DNA of 64,000 nt from Smithellaceae bacterium (GCA_963667845.2 CAXXVL010000002.1:2528001-2592000), one strand, 5' to 3'; counted from the stretch's first letter, positions 29,999 through 40,468 are shown. Numbers and translations: made by a program. The notes: generated by a model from the letters alone, not told the origin.

Positions 29999-31726
29999 TT
30001 GCTGATCAATCAGACCTGGCAGCCGCTTCCGGGCACCCTTCATGCGGAAATATATCCTTATCTCCGGAGACCCGATGTTCTGTCCTCGAATTCCTGTCTG
30101 ATCCGCACGGCCGACCAGATCATTCTCATCGATGCGGGTGCTCTCGTTTCGCAGACGGCTGAACTCGGCCGGATCCTGGCCCAATGTGGTCGCGAGCGTT
30201 TGCGTCCGGTGATGATCTATTTGACCCATTGCCATATCGACCATGCGCTGCAGGTGAGTGCCCAGAGGCAGGTCGTGACGACAGCGCCCGTCTGGATTGC
30301 CGTTCAGGAGGAAGGAGCGGCCTACCTGATCGACGGGGATCGCCAGAAAACCATTGCCGAGCTTTACGGCACAACTTTCCCCGCCATGCAACCGGATATC
30401 CGCCTTTTAACCGCGCAGGACTGCAAGCGGCAAGCTCCCCGCCGCGTTAATATTGCTCCGGGTGTCGTGTTGACGCTGCAAATGGAAGACGTTCCGACAG
30501 ACCTTGGTAAGCCGTGGGTCAGGCAGATCATCTCCATGGGCCCAGGAGATCATCTGGAGGTTTATCCGACGCCCGGCCACAGCCCTGACAGTATCTGCAT
30601 CCGCGCCGGAGAGATCCTGTTCATCGGCGACCTGCTGACAGCGGCGAACCCCATGGTTGCCGGAATATCCGGCTGGCATCGCGATGATCTCAGCGACTCG
30701 CTTTTGCGGGTCCGATGGCTTCTGGATCATATGCCGATCCGTTTTTGCTTTCCCGGCCACGGCACAATGATCCCGGCCGACAAAGTCCGCGGCATCCTGG
30801 AGAAGCTGAACCAAAAGACAAGTCGTTTGGAGGGCGTGACTCAAATGAACGAGGAGCGTCTCTTTCAGATAACGGATTACGCGCTGGAACTTATCAATGA
30901 AGCCGAGGAGGCTTTTTCGGCCATTGCCGGCCGGCTTCTTTATGCGGCCCATCAGCTTGAACTATTGGAGGAGGAAGCTGCCGCTCGTCGCTGCCGCGAG
31001 GCAATGAACATGGACGAGATCGATGCCTGTCTTACGGAATTCCGGAACATCTGCCAAAGCCTCACGGATGCTGAAATCCGCCGGGTAGAATTCGCCCATG
31101 GCGCGCTCCGGATTATCGAAAAAATAAAGTCTCTATTCAACCCGCGGCCGCTTGGCGCCATTTTGCCCCAGTCCCTGATCAACCAGGGGACCAGTCTGCT
31201 CCTGGATTTCATCGGGATCACCCACGGATGCCGCAATCTTGAAGAATTCATTCCGGCGGATATGAACGCGCTGATCAACGACTTACTGCAGGCGTGGCAG
31301 GTGAATCCGCATCAGGACACCTCCGTCATTGATCAGTCCGAAGATTATGAAAAATACCTGGCGGCGCTTATCCTGCGTGTAGGCTGCGGACCTTCCGTCG
31401 GCCGCCCTGCGGTAAATTTCACCGCTGCGCAAAATCTTCCTTTTGTTCGTATCGCCGCCGGCCGTTTTTTCAATACACTGATGAATTTTTTGGACTGGCT
31501 GCAGCTTGCCGATCCTTCATCCATCCATATTACCCTGACCGGCGATTTCAGCAGCCCGATGATCTGCGTGATGCCGCAGGGGTGGAACGGTTCATCGCCG
31601 ACGCCTCACGAGGAGAAAAAAATCAATTCCTTCAGACGCCGGTTTCGCCTTTGCGGTCTTGTATTGGAAGCACGAGAAGACGGATTCCGGCTGACGCTGG
31701 CTGAGGACCAGGCTGATCGCGAATGA
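29999..31726 (+). CDS. MBL-fold metallo-hydrolase with long C-terminal extension
   Basis: LIDAG, THCHIDH, TPGHSPD, FIGD, PGHG; TTG start after GGAG. Confidence 0.8.
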   Translation: MLINQTWQPLPGTLHAEIYPYLRRPDVLSSNSCLIRTADQIILIDAGALVSQTAELGRILAQCGRERLRPVMIYLTHCHIDHALQVSAQRQVVTTAPVWIAVQEEGAAYLIDGDRQKTIAELYGTTFPAMQPDIRLLTAQDCKRQAPRRVNIAPGVVLTLQMEDVPTDLGKPWVRQIISMGPGDHLEVYPTPGHSPDSICIRAGEILFIGDLLTAANPMVAGISGWHRDDLSDSLLRVRWLLDHMPIRFCFPGHGTMIPADKVRGILEKLNQKTSRLEGVTQMNEERLFQITDYALELINEAEEAFSAIAGRLLYAAHQLELLEEEAAARRCREAMNMDEIDACLTEFRNICQSLTDAEIRRVEFAHGALRIIEKIKSLFNPRPLGAILPQSLINQGTSLLLDFIGITHGCRNLEEFIPADMNALINDLLQAWQVNPHQDTSVIDQSEDYEKYLAALILRVGCGPSVGRPAVNFTAAQNLPFVRIAAGRFFNTLMNFLDWLQLADPSSIHITLTGDFSSPMICVMPQGWNGSSPTPHEEKKINSFRRRFRLCGLVLEAREDGFRLTLAEDQADRE

Positions 31727-31900
31727 TGAAATCCTGAGACAGCGAACGATTTGGCGTCCGTGACAATTATCTTCTCAGAACCTGACGCCAGGCGTTTGTG
31801 AGTCGACAGCCGCGGTCAATGCAGGCAACCGGACCGCGCTCCAATCATAGCCGCGTCGTTTCGGAACGAACCTGTTCCATAGTGAATGTGGTCTTATTTT

Positions 31901-32003
31901 TCAATCCCGCTTAAGCGGGACGAGCGTTAATTCCCTGTCGCTTGCTGCGAAACAATGACGTTCATTTCATACCTCGACAGCTTGCCCCGAGGTGGTTGAA
32001 TCA
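31901..32003 (+). repeat. Repeat family A, copy 4 (long form)
   Basis: AATCCCGCTTAAGCGGGACGAGCGTTAATT...CCTCGACAGCTTGCCCCGAGGTGGTTGAAT. Confidence 0.9.
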
Positions 32004-32042
32004 AGCCGGGCGGCACAGATAGCCGAAAAATCCGGCCTCGGG

Positions 32043-32432
32043 TTATTTCATCTTCTGCAGCATGTCCCCCATCATCTTGTGCACCAGATTTACAGCCTTA
32101 AGCGGACGCAGCATGACTTTGAAATCGGTGATCCGTCCATCCTCGCCCCATGTGATCATGTCCACGCCGTTGATCGAGATGCCGTCGATGATTGTTTGAA
32201 ATTCCAGAACGGCATTGTTGCCGGATATGATTTCGCGCAGATATTTAAACGTGTCGTTGTTCAGGACATGTAGTGCCGCGGTCAGGTAGAGTTTGGTGAT
32301 CGGTTTCCCTGCCTGGGGTGTATGCACGACCGGGGAGTGAAAGACGACGTTTTGTGCAAGAATGTCGTCGAGACCTGCGGCGTCTCTTGTTGCAATAAGT
32401 TTGTGCCATGTGGCGATCGTATTTTCAATCAT
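32043..32432 (-). CDS. NTF2-like / SnoaL-like protein
   Basis: VVFHSPVVHTP, AVLEF, NGVDMI, FKVMLRPLKA. Confidence 0.85.
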   Translation of the reverse strand: MIENTIATWHKLIATRDAAGLDDILAQNVVFHSPVVHTPQAGKPITKLYLTAALHVLNNDTFKYLREIISGNNAVLEFQTIIDGISINGVDMITWGEDGRITDFKVMLRPLKAVNLVHKMMGDMLQKMK

Positions 32433-32485
32433 TGTCAAACCTCACAAGAAATTTGTTATTCGTTATGCCGATACGGATGTTCAAT

Positions 32486-33793
32486 CTAAAGCAGATACAT
32501 ATTTTCCGCTTCTCTCAGAAGTTCGTCGCGGAATTTCGGATGGGCGATGCTGATAATATCGAGCGCCCGTCCCCTCGTGGACTTGCCTTTCAGATTCACC
32601 GCCCCATGCTCCGTCACCAGGAAATGCGTATCCATCCTGGGGGTCGTTACGACCGTTCCGGGATCCAGGCGGGGCACGACGCGGGATATCGCACCTTGTT
32701 TTGCGGTAGAGTGGAAGGCAAGGATGGATTTTCCGCCCCGGGCGTTGAAGGCGCCCCGGACGAAGTCGAGCTGTCCGCCGGTTCCGCTGAACTGGGATCC
32801 GTCGAGGTATTCGGCGTTGCATTGCCCGAGCAGGTCCACCTCCAGGATGGAGTTGACCGAGATCATGTTGTCATTGCGGGCGATCACCGCGGGATCATTG
32901 GTATAGGAAACGGGATAGCTTTCCAGGCTCGGATTGTCGTTCATGAAATCATACATGTCTTTCGTACCCACGGCGCCGGTGAAAATGTTCTTGCCCGGGT
33001 GCAGTGTTTTTTTTCGTCCGTTGACGACCCCTTTTTTAATCAGATCGACCATGGACAAGGTAAAAACCTCCGTATGAATACCCAGATCCTTGTGCCCGGC
33101 AAGCAGGCTGCCCACGGCATTCGGCAGGCCGCCAAAGCCCATCTGGATGGTGGCGCCGTCGGGGATCATTTCGGCGATAATCCGGCCGATAACTTCATCT
33201 GCCGGGCCGACAGCCCCTGCCGGAAGTTCCATCAGGGGAACGTGATTCTCCACGATGGCCTCAACTTCTGAAACATGAATCAGGGAATCGCCGAAGATCC
33301 GGGGCATGTTTTTATTGACTTCGACAATCAGATGTTTCGCTTGGCGGGCGGCCGTGGACGTGTAGTCATTCACGGTACCGAAGGTAAAATAGCCGGCTTT
33401 GTCCATGGGGGAAACCGTGGTTATCACGACATCCACGTTGATGAAGTCCGTGATCAGGCGCGGGATCTGGTGGTAGTAGCCGGGGACGAAATAGTTGAGT
33501 CCTACCTTGACGAGAGCTCGATCGTGGCCGCTCAGGAAAAAGGAATAGGGCTGAACCGCATCGCAGAGGTCGGGCGCGAGGATCGTTTGGGCTGCATGCT
33601 TCAGGGGCAAAAGTGAGTAAACGCTGATCCGCTTCAAGTCCGCGGCGCGAATGCGGGCGGCTGCTGCGGCGAGCAGTGCCGGAGGCTCGGCGATAGCGAG
33701 TCCGTGAAACAGCGTATCACCACTTTTAACGATTTCCACGGCCTTGTCCGGCGTCGTCAGTTTCTGCCTGTACAATGTTTCGCAATTGGACAT
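32486..33793 (-). CDS. Acetyl-CoA hydrolase/transferase family CoA-transferase (4-hydroxybutyrate CoA-transferase-like)
   Basis: DLGIHTE, SGTGGQLDF, VTEHG, LISIAHP-like tail. Confidence 0.92.
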   Translation of the reverse strand: MSNCETLYRQKLTTPDKAVEIVKSGDTLFHGLAIAEPPALLAAAAARIRAADLKRISVYSLLPLKHAAQTILAPDLCDAVQPYSFFLSGHDRALVKVGLNYFVPGYYHQIPRLITDFINVDVVITTVSPMDKAGYFTFGTVNDYTSTAARQAKHLIVEVNKNMPRIFGDSLIHVSEVEAIVENHVPLMELPAGAVGPADEVIGRIIAEMIPDGATIQMGFGGLPNAVGSLLAGHKDLGIHTEVFTLSMVDLIKKGVVNGRKKTLHPGKNIFTGAVGTKDMYDFMNDNPSLESYPVSYTNDPAVIARNDNMISVNSILEVDLLGQCNAEYLDGSQFSGTGGQLDFVRGAFNARGGKSILAFHSTAKQGAISRVVPRLDPGTVVTTPRMDTHFLVTEHGAVNLKGKSTRGRALDIISIAHPKFRDELLREAENMYLL

Positions 33794-33869
33794 GATACGG
33801 ACTCCCGACCTGGACGTTTCTCTGAAATAAGAAAGCGCCTGATTTCAAAAAATAGACGAATGCCCGGTC

Positions 33870-34220
33870 TTATTGGCCGGGTAAGACGATCCGGGATTCT
33901 TCCTTACGCTGCATTTCCTCGGCTTCGGCAATCATTGCCCGAACTGCGTTTTCAATCGCATCCGGTAATTTGGCCGTGGCGTCGGCAAGCGTTTTGGCGT
34001 CTTCAATGATGCACTGAACGGGAATGGGCCCATTCGGTGACATCAGCTGGGCCATTCCGGTGAAGATGGGCTCCCGGCTTTCGTCGGGTGTGCCGTCGAT
34101 TTTGACGGGCACGAGACGCCGGATCGTGGCGTGGGTCAGGTCCGTGAAGGCCTCTTCCCTGTACAGGTTGTCCGGATTCATCTTGATGTTGGTTATTTTG
34201 GGTTCGTTTATGTCGCTCAT
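33870..34220 (-). CDS. Conserved hypothetical cytoplasmic protein
   Basis: NLYREEAFTDL..TIRRLVPVK.DG; AGGAG RBS. Confidence 0.72.
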   Translation of the reverse strand: MSDINEPKITNIKMNPDNLYREEAFTDLTHATIRRLVPVKIDGTPDESREPIFTGMAQLMSPNGPIPVQCIIEDAKTLADATAKLPDAIENAVRAMIAEAEEMQRKEESRIVLPGQ

Positions 34221-34477
34221 GGGTGTCTCCTTTGCTTTGGGGATGATGGTTTCTATGCCCCGAAAATAGACGGGAAGCGCAAACGGAGCAGCCCATGTTT
34301 TTTTCGGATCACGGTTGATTCCCTACACCGAAAAGACTGGCGGGTCAAATGAATTTGGGAATCGGTGTCCGGGGATAGGCGAGGGCGCTATGTCAACAGC
34401 AGGCGTTTTGCCGCGACATGTCGCAAGAGAAGGCGGATGCGGGGTTTGATCCGGATAACAAATAAAATGCTGCAGCT

Positions 34478-34538
34478 TTAATCCCGCTTAAGCGGGATGA
34501 GCGTTAATTCTCTGTCGCTTGCCGCGAGGTTGTGGATC
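34478..34538 (+). repeat. Repeat family A, copy 5 (short form)
   Basis: TTAATCCCGCTTAAGCGGGATGAGCGTTAATTCTCTGTCGCTTGCCGCGAGGTTGTGGATC. Confidence 0.85.
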
Positions 34539-34570
34539 GGCGCTGCGATTGCTTCTGCAGCCAAATAGAT

Positions 34571-34604
34571 AAAGGGCTCCGCTCCGGAGAGGCAGAGCCC
34601 TTTT
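34571..34604 (-). terminator. Terminator hairpin after the flavoprotein gene
   Basis: AAAGGGCTC...GAGCCCTTTT. Confidence 0.65.
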
Positions 34605-34627
34605 CATCTTTTGAGTCTAAATCAAAA

Positions 34628-36172
34628 TCAGCTCCAGCTTTTTTCTTTTACTGCATTCTGACCGGCGATACGTCCGAAAACAAGACAATCGATTGTCGCA
34701 CAGCTGCCCAAACGAACCGCTCCATGAACACCGCCCGTCAACTCACCCGCCGCGTAAAGCCCGGGAATGGGTTGATCGGTCATTACATCCAGCGCCTGCG
34801 CTTTGGTATTGACGTTCAAACCGCCCATGCAGTGGTGCACTTTCGGCATCAGCCGCATAGCGTAAAATGGTGCCGTGGCAATTGGTTTGGCGTCTTTCCA
34901 GAGATAGCGACCCCAGGCCTCATCTTTGCCTTTGACCAGCGCTTCGTTGTATTTATTAACTTCTTCCATCATCGGGCCGAAGGGAACGTTATAGGCCGCC
35001 GCCATCGCCTCCAATGTGTCGTACTTCTTGACGATGCCTCTTTCCATGAACTTGGGGATGGCGTCTTTCTGCAGCCGGGTGCCGTTTTCATCGCAAAAGG
35101 CAAGACACTTATTGCCTGCCTTGAGAATGGCGTCGGCACGGACCTTGCGGTCAGCCAGTTCATTGACGAAGCGTCGGCCCGTCTTGGTATCAATCCACAG
35201 ACCATAGATTGCCGCGCAGCCCTGACCGAAGAAGGCGGCGAGCCCGAAACCTTTTTCATCCGGGCTGCCCCATGGGCCCAGTTGAATCCAGGAAAGCTGC
35301 AACGGGGTGCAGCCGATCCGCAGGGATTCACGAAGCGATTCGGAGGTGGCGCCCGGCTGATTGGTTGTGTCCACGTCAGCCGTCAGGCGAGGATCCTGAA
35401 TCGTACGGAAATTAACGTCGGCGCCGAAACCGCCTGTTGCCATCACGACGGCTTTTCTGGCTTTAATGGTCTTTAATTTTCCACTGTCGTTTTTCGGGAA
35501 AGCATATTTTTCACGGATCTGAACGCCTTTGACCCGTCCATCCGCGTCCCGATAAATCTGAGTCAGATAACTTTGCAGTTTCGGCACCACGCCCAGCTCT
35601 TTTAATTTGGCCAGTTGCGCCGTTACGATGGCCGATCCGCTTTGATTGTATGTGCTGTACATGCGGGGTACGGAATGGCCTCCCTCCTGGCTGACCCGGT
35701 CCTTGTATTTGACGCCGAGTTCATTGATGGTCCATTGGACCGTATCATTGGAATTGAAGGCGACCATTTTAGCCAGTTCGGGATGGTTCAAGTTCAGTCC
35801 GGCTGTCAGCATATCCTTGAGCAGCAGCTCCGGTGAATCTTTGATGCCCTGTTTCTCCTGCAAGGGGGAGCCTGCCGCCGCGACCACGCCGCCATTCACA
35901 ATTGAATTGCCGCCGGCCGTCCGCATTTTTTCTAAAATGATCACGGAGGCCCCGGCCTTTTTTGCTTCATATGCCGCCGCCAGTCCGGCGAAACCGCTGC
36001 CGATAATAACCACGTCATACGTCTCATCCCATTTCTTCGGGATGGCTGCCGCTTCAGCGGTCCAGGGCGCCAGACTCATTCCGCCCGTCGCCAGCCCCGC
36101 GACGGCGGCCGTAGCGCCCGCCGTTTTTAAAAAACTTCTTCTGGTCAATGCTTTCTTTTCTTTTTCTAACAT
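34628..36172 (-). CDS. Tat-exported flavocytochrome c flavin subunit (fumarate/urocanate reductase-like)
   Basis: TRRSFLK signal, IGSGFAG, GGHSVPR, HHCMGG, GVHGAVRLGSCA; no CxxCH. Confidence 0.9.
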   Translation of the reverse strand: MLEKEKKALTRRSFLKTAGATAAVAGLATGGMSLAPWTAEAAAIPKKWDETYDVVIIGSGFAGLAAAYEAKKAGASVIILEKMRTAGGNSIVNGGVVAAAGSPLQEKQGIKDSPELLLKDMLTAGLNLNHPELAKMVAFNSNDTVQWTINELGVKYKDRVSQEGGHSVPRMYSTYNQSGSAIVTAQLAKLKELGVVPKLQSYLTQIYRDADGRVKGVQIREKYAFPKNDSGKLKTIKARKAVVMATGGFGADVNFRTIQDPRLTADVDTTNQPGATSESLRESLRIGCTPLQLSWIQLGPWGSPDEKGFGLAAFFGQGCAAIYGLWIDTKTGRRFVNELADRKVRADAILKAGNKCLAFCDENGTRLQKDAIPKFMERGIVKKYDTLEAMAAAYNVPFGPMMEEVNKYNEALVKGKDEAWGRYLWKDAKPIATAPFYAMRLMPKVHHCMGGLNVNTKAQALDVMTDQPIPGLYAAGELTGGVHGAVRLGSCATIDCLVFGRIAGQNAVKEKSWS

Positions 36173-36252
36173 AATGTTCTCCTCTCAATATTGCTCGTTG
36201 ATCATCAACAAATTTCTGCCGGACGTAAGCTTCCTTAAATAACGTCCTTTTT

Positions 36253-36552
36253 TTAGTTTCGACTTTTTTGGGTCTTTCCTCTCTCCATCATAACGGTGCG
36301 ATCAAGAAGTCCGAACGGCTTAAGTCCTTCGAGAATGAGCATGCCCGTCTCGCTTCCCTGCAGCGGAACGGACGCCGTATCCCAATCGAGGATCAGGCTG
36401 AACCCGCCGGGTTGTGCTAGGTGGATATACGCCACTGCGGATTTCAGCCCTTTCTTATCATGGACGGAATCAGCAATTTCCAGAAGCACCTCCATGACTT
36501 CTTTTTCCCTGCGTGGTTGAGTCCTCAACCTTATCTCTTCCAGCCACTTCAT
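36253..36552 (-). CDS. Small hypothetical protein heading the flavoprotein operon
   Basis: MKWLEEIRLR...FGLLDRTV; start set downstream of the sigma54 promoter. Confidence 0.6.
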   Translation of the reverse strand: MKWLEEIRLRTQPRREKEVMEVLLEIADSVHDKKGLKSAVAYIHLAQPGGFSLILDWDTASVPLQGSETGMLILEGLKPFGLLDRTVMMERGKTQKSRN

Positions 36553-36565
36553 TCTTTTTGAATAA

Positions 36566-36581
36566 AGCATGGGGCATGCCA
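36566..36581 (-). promoter_or_regulatory. Sigma54 -24/-12 promoter
   Basis: TGGCATGCCCCATGCT (GG-N10-GC), divergent from a sigma54 activator. Confidence 0.75.
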
Positions 36582-36715
36582 TAATAATAATAATGTAAAT
36601 CAACTACTTAAAATCGTGCTGGGGCAGTAATTATCATATACGATAAAAATAGTTTGTCACATGTGATAATTTCATATAAAGTGTCGAATACGACAATTGG
36701 AAAGAAGGATCGATA

Positions 36716-38242
36716 ATGATTGACGAAAATGAATTTTTCCGGGAGGTCTCCGTGCGAATTTGCGGAAGCCTGGAAATCGACAAAGCATTGCTGGCATGCT
36801 TCGAATATGTAAACCGGGTCATGCCAGTTGACGAACTCATTATCACCATCTATGACCCGGGAATGAAATGCGTCAAGAATATTGCGACGGCCGATGCTCT
36901 GGGGGCGCATCTCGCCTCAGAAGAAATCCCGCTGACGCCTTTGTTGCCCCAGGAAGTTCAGGATACTGAAAAGTTTCCGCGTTTCCGAAAACTGGATAAT
37001 GCACTTGATGATCCGATCATCCGCCATCTGGCCCAAAGTGTGGAGTGGCCGCCTTCTTCGGTACTGATCAATCGCCTGATGATCGAAGGAAAATATGTGG
37101 GATCTCTTCTGGCCGTGGCGCGGGGAGAGGGAAAATACAGCGACGACGATTTAAGAATTTGGGCCCTGGTAAACGAGCCGGCGGCGATCGCTCTCGCCAA
37201 TCACTTACAGTACCGCGAGGTCATCAGGGTCAAGGACCTTCTCGCGGACGACAAACACTATCTCCAGGATGAATTAAGAAGCGGCATCGGTGGAACACTC
37301 GTTGGGGCTGATTTCGGCCTGAGGGACGTCATGGAGAAAGTCCACCGGGTGGCTCCTTTATTGAGCCCGGTGCTTCTCGTGGGAGAAACCGGCACCGGTA
37401 AGGAAGTGATCGCCAATGCCCTTCATGAACTTTCGCATCGCAGCAACGGACCGCTGATCAAGGTCAACTGCGGGGCTATTCCGGAAACGCTCATCGACAG
37501 CGAACTCTTCGGACACGAGAGAGGCGCCTTTACCGGCGCGATTGCCCGGAAGCGCGGCCGCTTCGAGCGGGCCGACGGCGGGACGATATTTCTGGATGAG
37601 GTCTCCGAGCTTCCGCCGCAGGTCCAGGTCCGCCTTCTGCGCGTGCTTCAGGAAAAGGAAATCGAGCGTGTCGGCGGCCAGGAAACCATCAAAGTCGATG
37701 TGCGGATCGTGTCGGCCACGCACACGGATCTGCAAAGCCTGGTGAGCAATGGGCAGTTCCGGGAAGACCTTTTTTTCCGTTTGAACATATTTCCAATTAC
37801 CGTGCCGCCGCTAAGAGAAAGAAAAAACGACATACCCCTCCTGGTTCATCATTTTATTCAAAAGAAAGCACAGGAGATGGCACTGTCCGACATTCCCAAT
37901 CTCTTACCGGGCGAGATCGACCGGTTGATGCAATATGAATGGCCCGGCAATGTGCGGGAACTGGAAAATGCCGTGGAAAGAGCGATCATTCTGTCCAGGA
38001 ATAATTATCTGACGTTCGGCAATATCATCACCTGCGAAGCGCCGCTAAACAGGCCGATCATGGCGGACAGCCGGGAACCCGAGAGGCTCGATGCAATGGA
38101 AGCCCGGCACATTGAAGCCGTTCTGGATAAGGCGGGAGGCCGGGTGAATGGAGAAGGAGGCGCAGCCGACTTGCTCGGCATCAATCCCAGCACGCTTCGG
38201 CACCGGATGAGAAAGCTGGGAATCAGCTTCGGCCGGAAATGA
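36716..38242 (+). CDS. Sigma54-dependent activator (GAF-AAA+-HTH)
   Basis: [39 protein letters not shown]. Confidence 0.95.
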   Translation: MIDENEFFREVSVRICGSLEIDKALLACFEYVNRVMPVDELIITIYDPGMKCVKNIATADALGAHLASEEIPLTPLLPQEVQDTEKFPRFRKLDNALDDPIIRHLAQSVEWPPSSVLINRLMIEGKYVGSLLAVARGEGKYSDDDLRIWALVNEPAAIALANHLQYREVIRVKDLLADDKHYLQDELRSGIGGTLVGADFGLRDVMEKVHRVAPLLSPVLLVGETGTGKEVIANALHELSHRSNGPLIKVNCGAIPETLIDSELFGHERGAFTGAIARKRGRFERADGGTIFLDEVSELPPQVQVRLLRVLQEKEIERVGGQETIKVDVRIVSATHTDLQSLVSNGQFREDLFFRLNIFPITVPPLRERKNDIPLLVHHFIQKKAQEMALSDIPNLLPGEIDRLMQYEWPGNVRELENAVERAIILSRNNYLTFGNIITCEAPLNRPIMADSREPERLDAMEARHIEAVLDKAGGRVNGEGGAADLLGINPSTLRHRMRKLGISFGRK

Positions 38243-38451
38243 TCTGTCCGGGCCTTCGCCTTAAGCGACGGAGATTGGCCGGTTCGTGCAACGCTTTTTG
38301 ATCTGCGCTCAACTGAAATCTATCCAGGATCTTATCTTTCAGATCGTCATTCTTATATGCCGAGGGAAAAAAGCCTCGAAGGGATGTCAAGAAGATTTTC
38401 CGAAGGCCGCCCGCAAGGACGCAAGATGCTCAGCTCCCCGAGGGGAGGTGA

Positions 38452-38509
38452 GGGAGAGGGTTCAGAGAAAGCATGTAGTATATGCTTTTTGCCCTCTGAA
38501 CCCTCTCCC
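38452..38509. repeat. Long REP-like hairpin between convergent genes
   Basis: GGGAGAGGGTTCAGAG / CTCTGAACCCTCTCCC 16-bp perfect arms with inner AAAGCAT/ATGCTTT. Confidence 0.7.
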
Positions 38510-38565
38510 CCTTCGGCAGGAAAAAAAGGGGATCGGTAAAGGCTTACTTTCGCAAGCCGGGTATG

Positions 38566-40224
38566 TTATTTTTTAACTTTGGCAATTTCTTCGTCGCGAA
38601 GAATCTTGCGCAAAATTTTGCCGACGGCCGATTTCGGGATGCTGTCCCGGAATTCCACGACCTTGGGGACCTTGTAGGCGGCGAGCTTGGTCCGGCAGAA
38701 ATCGATGATTTCTTTATCCGTCGCTTTTTGACCCGGTTTCAGGACGACGAAGATTTTCACGGTTTCGCCGCGGTATGTGTCCGGAACGCCTACAGTGACC
38801 GCTTCGGCAATTTTGGGATGCTGGTAAAGAACTTCGTCCACTTCCCGCGGATAGATGTTAAAGCCGCCGGCGATGATCATGTCTTTCTTGCGGTCGACAA
38901 TGTAAATATAGCCGTCTTCGTCGGCCTGCCCGATGTCGCCGGTGTGCAGCCAGCCGTCGGTCATCTGGATTTTGGTTTCTTCCGGATTATTCCAGTAGCC
39001 CTGCATGACTGAAGGGCCCTTGATCATGATTTCGCCCGGTTCGCCCGGTTTGACGTCTTCAGTGCCGTTTTCTATATCAACCAGGCGGACGTCGTTTTCC
39101 ATGAGCGGCACACCGATGGAGCCGGTCCGGTTGGCAAGAATCGGATTTGAAATGCCCAAGCTAGCAGTCTCGCTCATGCCCCAGCCCTCACCGAAGAAAA
39201 TGCCGAGGTCTTTCACTTTCTGGATCAGTTCCAGGGGCATGGGCGCGCCGCCGGAATTAAAGAAGCGGAACCGCTGGTCGAGGTTCATCTCGGTTGCTTT
39301 GGGGTGATTGATGATTGCCGTGATCATTGTGGGAACCGTCGGGAAATAGCCGATCTGATCGACGCGTCTGATGATTCCCAGCACCTCATCAATATCAAAA
39401 CGGGGCACCAGGACCTGCGTGGCCGCGTTGAGCATTCCCCAGTTCATGCAGCAGGTGTTGCCGTAAATGTGAAAATAAGGAATGATTCCCAGCACGTTGC
39501 GTTTTTCCGGCGGCGTACAAAGCGTGATGTGATTTCCCCACATCGTACTCTGCAACGTTGCCGCCACGACGTTGGCATGGGTGAGCAGAGCGCCCTTGGG
39601 CAGGCCGGTTGTGCCTCCGGTAAATTGGATAAGGGCGGCGTCGGACGGGGTGAAGTCAATTCGAGGGAGTTGAGTAATGCTGCAGCCTTCAATCAGTTCT
39701 GAGAAATGACGCCAACCCTCTTCCAGCTCTAATGCTTTTGCGGTGCTGACACCCAGTCCGGTAATATAGTCCGTAACCCGGGTGACGATCAGGACAAGGT
39801 CCAGTTCTTTGGCAAGCGGACGCATGGTGGGCAAAGCGCCGTCGAAGGTTACCAGTATTTTAATCTCCGTGTTGGCCATCATGAATTTAAGTTCGTCATG
39901 CGTATACATGGGATTCATGTTGACGACAATCCCGCCTGCCGACAAAATGGCGTAGTAGGCGATGATATATTGAGGGCAGTTGGGCAGAGCGAGCCCGATG
40001 CGGTCGCCTTTTTTGACACCCATTTGAACCAGCGCGTTGGCCATGCGCAGCATCTGTGTGCGCAGCTGAGTAAAGGTCATTTCGGAGCCATAGAAATCGG
40101 TGGCTGCTTTAAAAGGATATTGTGACGCCGCAAAGTGCAAAAAATTCTGCGCGGGGAATTTCGGGAAGCGAATAGTCGTGGGGACGGGATAGTCATAATT
40201 TTTCTGCCAGGGTTTTGATTGCAA
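38566..40224 (-). CDS. Long-chain fatty-acid--CoA ligase (FadD-like)
   Basis: FTGGTTGLPKG, EGWGMSE, TGDIG, DRKKDMIIAGGFNIYP, PKSAVGK; TTG start after AAGGAGGA. Confidence 0.92.
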   Translation of the reverse strand: MQSKPWQKNYDYPVPTTIRFPKFPAQNFLHFAASQYPFKAATDFYGSEMTFTQLRTQMLRMANALVQMGVKKGDRIGLALPNCPQYIIAYYAILSAGGIVVNMNPMYTHDELKFMMANTEIKILVTFDGALPTMRPLAKELDLVLIVTRVTDYITGLGVSTAKALELEEGWRHFSELIEGCSITQLPRIDFTPSDAALIQFTGGTTGLPKGALLTHANVVAATLQSTMWGNHITLCTPPEKRNVLGIIPYFHIYGNTCCMNWGMLNAATQVLVPRFDIDEVLGIIRRVDQIGYFPTVPTMITAIINHPKATEMNLDQRFRFFNSGGAPMPLELIQKVKDLGIFFGEGWGMSETASLGISNPILANRTGSIGVPLMENDVRLVDIENGTEDVKPGEPGEIMIKGPSVMQGYWNNPEETKIQMTDGWLHTGDIGQADEDGYIYIVDRKKDMIIAGGFNIYPREVDEVLYQHPKIAEAVTVGVPDTYRGETVKIFVVLKPGQKATDKEIIDFCRTKLAAYKVPKVVEFRDSIPKSAVGKILRKILRDEEIAKVKK

Positions 40225-40238
40225 TTTGAAGCTCCTCC

Positions 40239-40341
40239 TTAATCAACCACCTCGCAGCAAGCTGTCGAGGCATGAAATAACCGTTATTATTTCGCAGCAA
40301 GCTGCGGAAAGTCAACGCTCGTCCCGCTTAAGCGGGATTAA
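40239..40341 (-). repeat. Repeat family A, copy 6 (long form, reverse), in the 5' leader of the ligase
   Basis: Reverse complement of copy 4; abuts the RBS. Confidence 0.9.
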
Positions 40342-40452
40342 ACAGGCTTAGAATGTTCCATATAAAGCTTCCTGCATAAACTGCCGGGGTATCTGCCGGG
40401 CTCACCAAATATTTTGATGTCCGCAGAAAGTTTTGTAGTCAAGTATTCTTAT

Positions 40453-40468
40453 AGCATCCATTGTGCCA
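40453..40468 (-). promoter_or_regulatory. Sigma54 -24/-12 promoter
   Basis: TGGCACAATGGATGCT, divergent from an AcoR-like activator. Confidence 0.78.
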
